Shown here piece by piece: positions 57,801 through 64,000 of a stretch of 64,000 nt of DNA. Positions within the stretch are counted from its first letter, which is position 1. Each line of letters starts with the position of its first letter. The DNA comes from an uncultured virus (IMG/VR IMGVR_UViG_2740892424_000003) (lineage: Duplodnaviria > Heunggongvirae > Uroviricota > Caudoviricetes). Under the pieces are notes generated by a model. That model ran no database searches. It worked only from the letters and a program-made list of their open reading frames with translations, and was not told where the DNA came from. Made by a program: the position numbers and the translations under genes. The stretch lies in IMG/VR virus record IMGVR_UViG_2740892424_000003; one strand, written 5' to 3'.

Positions 57801-60800
57801 CCCTGTTGCTGAGCCAGAGCGCATTATCAACTTCTCCAAGCAGGCCATGGCCCAAGGCGATAAGCCGGCCAAGTCCCTGACCCGCAAAGAGGCTGATTTG
57901 GTCACCAAGGAGTGGTTCAAGCAGTACAAGGGGGCAGCCGGCATTGATGTGCAGATCCACGCCACCCAGGCGGAACTGGAGCAGGCATTGGGGCTGGATG
58001 CGAAAGAGGGGCTGATCCGGCGCGCTGCTTTCGACGATGACACTGGCACCCTGCATGTGGCCGCTGACACCATTGCCAACCCCAAGCGGATGCGCGAGAT
58101 CCTGCGCCATGAAGTGCTGGCTCACTATGGCTTGGCCAATGTGCTTGGCGATGGCGAGTACACCAAGCTGATCAGCCGGCTCATCAAGTCGAAGAAAGAC
58201 CCCAGCATGAAGGCGGTATGGGATTGGGTTGATACTCATTATGCCGATGAGGATATCGGGGTGCAGGCTGAGGAGGTGGTGGCTCACCTTGCGGAACTGG
58301 AGCAGGGCGCATGGGGGCGCGGCTGGGATCAGGTGGTGGCATGGGTCACCAAGGCACTGCGTGCAGTTGGCTTTGTGCCTGACGGCATCACGGCTGCCGA
58401 GACGCGCAGCCTGATCGATGGGCTGGGCAATAAGATGAAGCGCGGCAGTCCTGATGATAGTGGCCCTGATGGCGGCAAGAAGTTTAGCCAGGAGGAGCAG
58501 CCAGCCAAGAAGGGCGGCATCAAGATGAGCCAAACCAGCACCCAGGCAGATGATGCCATGAAGAAGCTGAACCTTGGCCCCAAGCCAGATGTCATCGACA
58601 ACACCAAGGCCAACCTGGACAAGCTGCGTGCAGTGGATCGCGGCGTGATCAAGTTGTGGGTGGATCGGTTCATCAAGAAGGCCAACACCGAAGTGCTCGA
58701 TGCGCTGGCCCCCATCAAGTACGCAGAGCAAGCCGCAGGCATTACCGATGCTGCCGACTCGGGTTACATCGCTGCACGCATGGCGACTGGGGCGGCATCT
58801 ACCATGCAGGCCACCATGCTCTATGGTCTGCCTGAGTGGAAGGACGGGGTGATCCAGCGCAAGGAAGGTACCGGCGAGAAAGATGCGCTGTTGGGAATCT
58901 TCTCTGACCTTGGCAAGGATTTGCACAACTGGCTCGGTTGGATGGCTGGCCACCGCGCTGAACTGCTGATGGAGCAAGGGCGCGAAAACCTGCTGAGTGA
59001 ACAAGACATAGCGGCCCTGAAAGGGCTCGGCAAGGGGAAGGAGGCCAAGTTCATGGAGGCCAAAGCCCGCTGGAACCGCCTGAATGCTGCCACCCTTGAT
59101 CTGGCGCAGGAGGCCGGGCTGTTCACCGCTGATGCCCGGGCCGAGTTCGAAAACGAGTGGTACATCCCATTCTTCCGGGAATCTGACGATGGTGACGTGA
59201 TCGCGCCATTCAAGCCGAAGGGTATTGCCAACCAGAACGCCGGGATCAAGAAGCTCAAGGGGGGCGAGGCCAACACCAACGACCTGCTCGAGAACATCTT
59301 TACCAGCACCAGCAAGCTGATCGACGCCTCCATGAAGAACATGGCAGCGCAAAAGACGGTCTGGAATCTGGCCGATACCGGTGCCATTGAGATAGTTGCC
59401 AAGCCCAACATGATGGATTGGCGCGCACTCAAGAACGGCAAGGACCTGATCACCGTCAAGTTGGATGGTGAGGACTACATGATCCGGGTGGTGGACCCTG
59501 ATCTGTACCGCGCCATGACCTTCTTCGACCGGCAACCGTTTGGAGCCATGGTGAATGTGGCCGCCAAAGCCAAACGCCTGCTGACGGCAGGGGTCACCGC
59601 ATCCCCTGAGTTCATGCTGCGCAACTTCTTGCGCGACTCCCTCTCCAGCTGGGCGATCAGTAAAGACGGCTTCAAGCCGGTGATCGACTCCATCAAAGGG
59701 GTGAAGAAGACGCTAGCCATGGAGGGGAGCACCATTGATGTGATGTTCAGTGGTGCCAGCTTCCTTGGTGGCTATGTCAACGGTAACGATCCGACGGCTA
59801 TGGCCGACTCTGTGCGCAAATCACTGCGTCGCAAAGGGATGACACCTGAGCAGATCGCCAAGTATGAGAAATCCATCGTGCGCAACGCCGCCCACGTCAA
59901 GGGTGTAGTGGCCGATGTGTGGGACAAGTACAGCCAGTATGGTGAGGCGTTGGAGAATGCCAACCGCGAGGCCGTCTATGCGGCAGCGATCAAGGCTGGC
60001 AAGAGTCACGCCCAGGCGGCGTTCGAATCGAAGGATTTGATGGACTTCTCCATGCTCGGGGCGGCCCGTTTCATTCAGGGGGCATCAATGGTATTGCCGT
60101 TCTTCAACGCCCGCCTGCAGGGGCTCGGCAAGCTGAGCCGTGAGCTGCGTGACAACCCGCGGGAGATTGCCAAGCGCGCCGGCATGATCACTGCAATGTC
60201 GCTCGGGCTGCTTGCTCTGAACTGGGATGACGAGCGCTATGAGGAGCTGCCGGACTGGGATAAGGATGCAAACTGGCACTTCTTTGTCGGCGATCAGCAC
60301 TTCCGGATCCCCAAGCCGTTTGAGATTGGCGTGATGTTCGGCACAATCCCGGAGCGCATGGTGCGCGCCATGGGTGGCAAGGACACTGGCGCCCAGCTCG
60401 GCAAGGCGGTGGCCAGAGCGATCGGTGAAACATTCGCCCTCAACCCCACCCCGCAGATCGTCAAGCCGTTGGTGGAGTCCTATTTCAACTACGACTCTTT
60501 CCGTGGCGGGCCCATCGAGAACGCACAGGATCTCGCTGTGAAGGCGGAAGCCCGTTACAACGAGCAAACCAGCCTGATTATGCGTGAACTTGGCGAAGCA
60601 ATGGGGATGTCGCCCAAGAAGCTGGAGCACCTGCTGATCGGTTATACCGGCACGATAGGCGGCTACGTCATGGCCACCGCCGACGGCTTGATCCGCGCAG
60701 CGCAGCCTGGCGAGTCAGCCAGCTGGCGCGCAGATGAGATCCCGTTGGTCAAGGCTGTGTATCGCGGCACCGGCCCTGCCAAATCTACCCAGCACATGGA

Positions 60801-61104
60801 AGAGTTTTACCGGATGCTGAACGAGGTAAACCAGCTCAAGCGCACCGTTGACCAGTACCGCAGTGAGGGGCTTACCGACAAGGCCAATGAGCTGCTGGAT
60901 GAGCAGGGCGGTATCTTGAAGTCGCGCAGCAGTTTGAGTCGGACTCAGCAACAGGTACGAGTGGTGCGAAACAGGATTGAGCTGCTGCAGCGCGACCGAG
61001 TGCTGAGTGCTGACGAGAAGCGCCGGCGCATAGATGAGCTGCTTTCGCGCCGCAATGATCTGGTGTACCAGGCGGTGAACAACAACCGCAAGAACTGGGA
61101 ATAG
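54844..61104 (+). CDS. Large polyvalent (injected) protein: pyrophosphatase-like, metallopeptidase-like and LPD38-like domains
   Basis: GNYKKGH..YGYI....GADGDHVDVF..FDEHKVM.GF; HEVLAHYGL; RIPKPFE.G..FG. Confidence 0.85.
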   Translation: MAKPTRDDFIAAARARYLPQQPDDNGGDEQGIIGDTVDMFQRGLGQTLGGDLETVGQLTGSQGIKDAGRGVSAWADGQLDQASTPMREAMGKQFFQENAETGAIEAGDAWADPRAWAGNFSTVLGQFVGLVGGTKGAGLIAKPALRGAGKLLAKDLVEGQAKELVAKATVKDAISAGALDSVRAAYLAAPGEAAKRAVLDKAIGRLTSIGYGAHAGAMASGMRAQQAEQEARGYFNGLGNDELNANPIYQQAYWELADGEMQGADIGDIRRAAIDSVAELAATDAWSDPRALTADFLSGVMTGAGGGVGGLLGKVGSTRAGAAVRGFAGEGATEAWQGGETQRAVNQAVQEWADESRDPMAGVLSAALNEGTIGGAFGGVVGAVHGPQAPDMAKPLVRVERRVVTGDQQMDDMIHGLDQRQAERGASISSQIDSMFAGANNPLGSGKFDPVRDVPAYQRQGFVRGSHDFQGKAIVPLEGELLDPATAMSATPSGPQPDMGGQPSDPALDMTAIADQRISGELQDEAALPGQQANLLPGATYEGEAREVGTDLPVPRGPAPALPESSNAATVPLPESVRLTRRGLPFSSEKEAALASRQDETPIPLDGGGFGIAKIAELEQGRGEQAATVPQDINQEVRDNSLPQPLAPAVDTGYREEIPATQPQAEVFNEQAPQVLAISSERQGDQPGAGQPVAESAGAATAGLSDRAGTGDRAGLLASAPVPDGQQQNDQTLTAPATDAGVDVSGPADPAPLPWAESINNADGTITLKGEIPIIRQWAKDNGVKAIPGKGGVVVAKSSAAKVLDMVAPAATKPVQQIEAARAEVAPEPTEAQKEAGNYKKGHLTLQGLDIALEDPKGSTRSGTDQDGKAWQSTMAHDYGYIKRTLGADGDHVDVFIGDQPDSETVYVVDQVDPKTGKFDEHKVMMGFADEQAARAGYLANYEKGWKGLGTIKAMPVDEFKVWVKEGDTTKPIDGKEEGKPAGEPDPVAEPERIINFSKQAMAQGDKPAKSLTRKEADLVTKEWFKQYKGAAGIDVQIHATQAELEQALGLDAKEGLIRRAAFDDDTGTLHVAADTIANPKRMREILRHEVLAHYGLANVLGDGEYTKLISRLIKSKKDPSMKAVWDWVDTHYADEDIGVQAEEVVAHLAELEQGAWGRGWDQVVAWVTKALRAVGFVPDGITAAETRSLIDGLGNKMKRGSPDDSGPDGGKKFSQEEQPAKKGGIKMSQTSTQADDAMKKLNLGPKPDVIDNTKANLDKLRAVDRGVIKLWVDRFIKKANTEVLDALAPIKYAEQAAGITDAADSGYIAARMATGAASTMQATMLYGLPEWKDGVIQRKEGTGEKDALLGIFSDLGKDLHNWLGWMAGHRAELLMEQGRENLLSEQDIAALKGLGKGKEAKFMEAKARWNRLNAATLDLAQEAGLFTADARAEFENEWYIPFFRESDDGDVIAPFKPKGIANQNAGIKKLKGGEANTNDLLENIFTSTSKLIDASMKNMAAQKTVWNLADTGAIEIVAKPNMMDWRALKNGKDLITVKLDGEDYMIRVVDPDLYRAMTFFDRQPFGAMVNVAAKAKRLLTAGVTASPEFMLRNFLRDSLSSWAISKDGFKPVIDSIKGVKKTLAMEGSTIDVMFSGASFLGGYVNGNDPTAMADSVRKSLRRKGMTPEQIAKYEKSIVRNAAHVKGVVADVWDKYSQYGEALENANREAVYAAAIKAGKSHAQAAFESKDLMDFSMLGAARFIQGASMVLPFFNARLQGLGKLSRELRDNPREIAKRAGMITAMSLGLLALNWDDERYEELPDWDKDANWHFFVGDQHFRIPKPFEIGVMFGTIPERMVRAMGGKDTGAQLGKAVARAIGETFALNPTPQIVKPLVESYFNYDSFRGGPIENAQDLAVKAEARYNEQTSLIMRELGEAMGMSPKKLEHLLIGYTGTIGGYVMATADGLIRAAQPGESASWRADEIPLVKAVYRGTGPAKSTQHMEEFYRMLNEVNQLKRTVDQYRSEGLTDKANELLDEQGGILKSRSSLSRTQQQVRVVRNRIELLQRDRVLSADEKRRRIDELLSRRNDLVYQAVNNNRKNWE
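56849..57043 (+). CDS. 64-aa gene nested out of frame in the polyvalent protein gene
   Basis: GAGGT RBS 5 nt before ATG; GC hairpin right after the stop. Confidence 0.6.
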   Translation: MSRLPRYLQSAVNDKVISLEQANQLQRALEQPLPDSPTELEPEIGQVSLLLHLYQMDSSRMTKH

Positions 61105-61166
61105 CGGCCCTGGCTGGGCCTCAGTTAAGGGAGTAAACTGAGGCCTTTGTCAGGGAGGATTACGCG

Positions 61167-61370
61167 ATGTGGTTGCTTGGAGCGATTGTTTGCATGGTGC
61201 TGGCGCTGAAACTGATGAGCGTCAGTCTGGTGTTGGGCCTGATCCCGGCTGCTGCCGGTTACTGGTGTTTCAGCCAGTCAACGCGAGCGAGCCTCGAGAC
61301 GTTCATGGCATTCATGTTCGCCCTGGTGCTGCTCGGGTTGGTGCTGAATGTGATAGTCGCGAACTGGTAG
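61167..61370 (+). CDS. Small multi-TM membrane protein
   Basis: GGGAGGA RBS; almost entirely hydrophobic. Confidence 0.75.
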   Translation: MWLLGAIVCMVLALKLMSVSLVLGLIPAAAGYWCFSQSTRASLETFMAFMFALVLLGLVLNVIVANW

Positions 61371-61628
61371 TGAACGCGGCCAACAATAACACTGTTGACG
61401 AATGCCAGCTGAGAGGAGTAATGTGCGCGGGAATCGAATGATTCCGCTCAGATGAGTGGGTTTTTAAAACCATAACCTGGAGATTGCCTTTTCCGGTTAT
61501 GGTAAGCAGTGCCTAATTTACTTAATTATGGCGCCACCTGTGCGCCAGCCGTGAACCATAACCTTTAAACAACTGTCTGCAAGTGGCGCATCCACTCGCG
61601 GCGGTACTTGCGTTATGGAGTTTTCACG

Positions 61629-61826
61629 ATGACTATTCTTGCCAACATCTCCTCCCTCGAACATCTGCTTCTCTGCTCCGACATGTCGCCGGAGGAACTG
61701 CACCAGGCTGAGCTGCTTCTGGCTGCTATTCGCCACGCCGTTACCCAACTTGCACCCCAACAATTTCCGCATAACAAGTCAGCATCGACGCCAGATGTGG
61801 CTTCGGCAGTGTTGCTGCCCGGTTAA
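61629..61826 (+). CDS. 65-aa small ORF A, paralogue of 62469-62585
   Basis: GGAG RBS; LE......D..PEE.......L...R shared with small ORF B. Confidence 0.6.
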   Translation: MTILANISSLEHLLLCSDMSPEELHQAELLLAAIRHAVTQLAPQQFPHNKSASTPDVASAVLLPG

Positions 61827-62103
61827 TCAACTCCATGTGCTCATCGTCAGACACGTGCCAATCTGGATCGGCCAGGATGGCCTGAACGGACACGCCAAGC
61901 ACTGAAGAGATCATGACGGCCTCGGCCAGCCCCATGAAGTCGTCGTGGTGTGGGGAAAGCCAGCGTGAAATGCTGGACCTCGGGATTTCTGTCAATTTGC
62001 TGATGTGGGTGTGTTTCAGCTTTCGCTCAGCGAGCAAGCGCCGCAACTTCTTCTTTGTGCGATGGACATAGGCAAGGCTAGAGCTGGTCAAGTAGCGTTT
62101 CAT
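61741..62103 (-). CDS. XRE-type HTH transcriptional regulator
   Basis: ISKLTEIPRSSISRWL...I..VLGVSV..IL. Confidence 0.8.
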   Translation of the reverse strand: MKRYLTSSSLAYVHRTKKKLRRLLAERKLKHTHISKLTEIPRSSISRWLSPHHDDFMGLAEAVMISSVLGVSVQAILADPDWHVSDDEHMELINRAATLPKPHLASMLTCYAEIVGVQVG

Positions 62104-62407
62104 GAGTGTTCCTGTTTTGGCGCCAACCCGTGCTCTAGATCATGGCTTTATGGTTTGTCTTAAATTTGGGCCGCCTATGGTGCAAATGCTCAGTAATGAC
62201 ACATAAGGGGCATGTAGATTGTAGGTTAAAAATAAGAAGTAGAACGCACAGAGAAGTCACCGCCAAATCACCAGTAACGATGGAGTGTAGTGGTTGTATG
62301 GCGAGTCACAGAGCACGGGATTTTTTTGATTCAAACTGGAAGGGTTGCATAGGGGACAAAGAAAGGACTCCCGAGATCCTGCAAAAAGTGGTAGATTTAT
62401 GCAGGTA

Positions 62408-62423
62408 CTGTATAGGTGTACAG
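62408..62423. promoter_or_regulatory. LexA (SOS) box
   Basis: CTGTATAGGTGTACAG = CTGT-N8-ACAG. Confidence 0.8.
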
Positions 62424-62468
62424 TGTTTCACAGTCGAGAGGCTGAGAGAGAACGGGGGGCACTAGCGG

Positions 62469-62585
62469 ATGGAATCACTTACCGAACTTGAAGAGTTTAT
62501 TTGGACCTTGGATCTGGCTCCGGAGGAGGAGAAAAGAATCGCGCGCATTCTTGAGAAACTTCGCGAAGAAACCGCTGCGTCATGA
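62469..62585 (+). CDS. 38-aa acidic small ORF B, candidate SOS-induced antirepressor
   Basis: MESLTELEEFIWTLDLAPEEEKRIARILEKLREETAAS; G-rich RBS, upstream LexA box, terminator ~62605-62628. Confidence 0.65.
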   Translation: MESLTELEEFIWTLDLAPEEEKRIARILEKLREETAAS

Positions 62586-62643
62586 CGCGGATTGGATTCG
62601 GATTGGCCCGCCACTGTGCGGGCTTTTCTATGCTCCCGGGTGG

Positions 62644-62749
62644 GGGAAAACAGAGGGAATAGTGAGGGATTACGCCGGTACGGAGGCTTGTAAAATCATA
62701 TAGTTACAGATCTTGCATATTCCCGAAAAGAATCATAACTATATGATTT
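62644..62749. promoter_or_regulatory. att arm: GGGAATAT-like sites and inverted IHF-like pair
   Basis: Variants at 62644, 62655, 62666, inverted exact copy 62717-62724; 14-bp inverted repeat 62693-62706 / 62736-62749. Confidence 0.7.
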
Positions 62750-62768
62750 AAAAGAAAATAAGTCGGGA

Positions 62769-62841
62769 TTTAAAATCCCTCGACGTTCGCGTCGTGCCGG
62801 TTCGATTCCGGCCTCGGGCACCATTAAAATCAAAGACTTAC
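62769..62841 (+). repeat. att junction: 73-bp direct repeat copy 2
   Basis: Identical to 9762-9834; followed by terminator GGCCACT..AGTGGCC-T5. Confidence 0.95.
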
Positions 62842-62981
62842 GAAGGCCACTAGCAATAGTGGCCTTTTTGTTTTTGGCCAAGTGGCGACAGAGTGGCGAC
62901 AGAGAATGCCAGCGGTTGTCGTTATTTTTCTTGAGGTGTACTATGTACACCATTAGATTGATTGGCTAGAGTGAGTGATGG

Positions 62982-63314
62982 GTGAGTAACGCCATTGAGT
63001 TTATTGAGACATCGATCTTTACCAAGCAGATAAAAGCGCTCGCAACAGATGATGAGCTCAGAGCACTACAAACAGAATTGATTGCCCAGCCGGAAAAGGG
63101 TGATTTGATCCAGGGCACGGGGGGTCTGCGAAAAATTCGCATGGCAACTGGCCAGCAGGGGAAGAGTGGCAGCGCGAGAGTTATCTACTTTCTAGCGACA
63201 GCTGAGATGATTTACTTAGTGCTTGCCTATGCCAAGAGTGAGAAAGAAAGCCTGACATCGGCAGAAAAGGCCGAGTTAAAGCGCTTGACCACGTTACTAA
63301 AAGGCGAGGTTTAA
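62982..63314 (+). CDS. HigB-2/RelE-family toxin
   Basis: FIET..F, P..GD.I.GTGG.RK.R, GKSG..RVIY, Y.K.EK..L. Confidence 0.9.
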   Translation: MSNAIEFIETSIFTKQIKALATDDELRALQTELIAQPEKGDLIQGTGGLRKIRMATGQQGKSGSARVIYFLATAEMIYLVLAYAKSEKESLTSAEKAELKRLTTLLKGEV

Positions 63315-63315
63315 C

Positions 63316-63600
63316 ATGAACATGTTTGACGAATTGAAGGCTTCCCTTGAGGAGGCTGTTGAAATTAAGCAGGGCCTTCTTGAGCCTGCCGCGCGGACTC
63401 GCTATGAAGTGGCGGACGTAAAGGCTATTCGCCTCGCACTGAATGTTTCTCAGCAAGAGTTTGCCCAGGCTCTTGGGACGAGTGTTGATACGGTCAAAAG
63501 TTGGGAGACCCGGCGCCGCAACCCGACTGGATTGGCAGCGAAGGTCTTGACGCTTATGCAAGAAAAGCCAGATCTCTACAGTGAGCTAGCTGCTCACTAA
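63316..63600 (+). CDS. HigA-2-like HTH antitoxin
   Basis: IR..L.VSQ.EFA..LG.S..TV..WE..RR.P.G.A. Confidence 0.9.
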   Translation: MNMFDELKASLEEAVEIKQGLLEPAARTRYEVADVKAIRLALNVSQQEFAQALGTSVDTVKSWETRRRNPTGLAAKVLTLMQEKPDLYSELAAH

Positions 63601-63623
63601 TGTGGACTGAGACGATAGATCGA

Positions 63624-63658
63624 GAAGAGGCCCCATAGTGTGGGCCTCTTCTGCTTTT
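63624..63658 (+). terminator. Intrinsic terminator after the TA pair
   Basis: GAAGAGGCCC..GGGCCTCTTC hairpin with T-rich tail. Confidence 0.7.
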
Positions 63659-64000
63659 GAGTGCGGAGAACGCCAAGATGAACCTCATTTGCTATGACCA
63701 CCTCGGTTAACCATCACAGCTCATGCTTTTTCAAAATTTCAGTTATCAGATCAGCCCTCATCACACCTAACCAGTTGAAACAAAACGCCTTCACGTTATT
63801 CCCCCGCAGCAAATGAGATCCTTCCTGATCATTCAAATTCTCACGGAAAGTACGACTCTCCCTGCATATTCAATGAGTTATGTTTTCAGTGCAGCAATCC
63901 AGAGCCCCTCCAAACTGTAAAAAACCGCAAAAAGGATCCTTCTTTTCAGATCCTAACCACGCCCGAGATCCTTTATCTGGCGGGGCCTAGGCCTATGGTT

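Larger units (their letters stand above)
9762..62841. mobile_element. Apparently complete ~53 kb temperate podovirus-like prophage with lambdoid early organisation
   Basis: Bounded by 73-bp direct repeats; integration, immunity, replication, lysis, packaging, head and tail modules all present. Confidence 0.93.

Noticed and set aside
56170..59535. 1121-aa ORF on the minus strand
   Set aside because: Antisense shadow of the GC-rich polyvalent gene; no recognisable motifs. The same applies to 44150-45649, 41047-41997, 22635-23708 and 15970-17130.
61421..61441. GAGGAG plus a 6-codon ORF MCAGIE
   Set aside because: Overlaps the predicted -10 and start site; too short to support.
61566..61574. 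Pairing of c4-like loops (GTTTA, AGTTG) to the ORF A leader
   Set aside because: Only 5-nt matches, expected by chance; needs computation.
62142..62465. Cys-rich 107-aa ORF ending just before small ORF B
   Set aside because: No clear RBS and it spans the divergent promoter region and LexA box; not excluded (two CxxC) but unsupported.
20271..62628. Recurrent GCCCGC..GCGGGC hairpins as a repeat family
   Set aside because: Positions at gene ends with T tails fit ordinary intrinsic terminators.
1..64000. CRISPR array, retron/DGR, shufflon or IS element
   Set aside because: I saw no spaced repeats, reverse transcriptase, invertase or transposase motifs.

Overview
The window holds two prophages in tandem at a tRNA-Leu(TAA) site of a GC-rich gammaproteobacterium (Aeromonas-like; this is an inference). 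Bases 1-~9760 are the early/control end of a P2/186-type prophage: gpA start, two DNA methyltransferases, ogr, cII, cox, a cleavable cI, three exported cargo genes and int. Bases 9762-62841 are an apparently complete ~53 kb temperate podovirus-like prophage bounded by a 73-bp direct repeat (the tRNA 3' half plus an IHF-like site). It carries int/xis, a long leftward early operon (rdgC, MT-A70, RecT/RecE), a non-coding leader with tRNA-Pro(TGG) and a c4-like RNA, cI/cro, a PAPS-reductase-family gene, replication and nin genes, a Q-like gene, lysis, terminase, portal, an N4-gp56-type capsid, tail and ejection genes, and a 2086-aa polyvalent protein. A HigBA-type toxin-antitoxin pair follows the right att. 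The most interesting observations are four. (1) A terminal module holds two apparently paralogous small ORFs flanking an HTH gene, one behind a LexA box and one behind a structured leader, while the phage cI has lost its self-cleavage residues; this is a candidate dual-input antirepressor system. (2) An AGGACC(CCGA/AAC) motif is reused at the RBS of many early genes and displayed start-codon-free in a non-coding leader. (3) A gene with its own RBS and hairpin is nested out of frame inside the polyvalent protein gene. (4) There are three copies of a late promoter-terminator unit. All family assignments come from motif recognition by eye; no searches were run.
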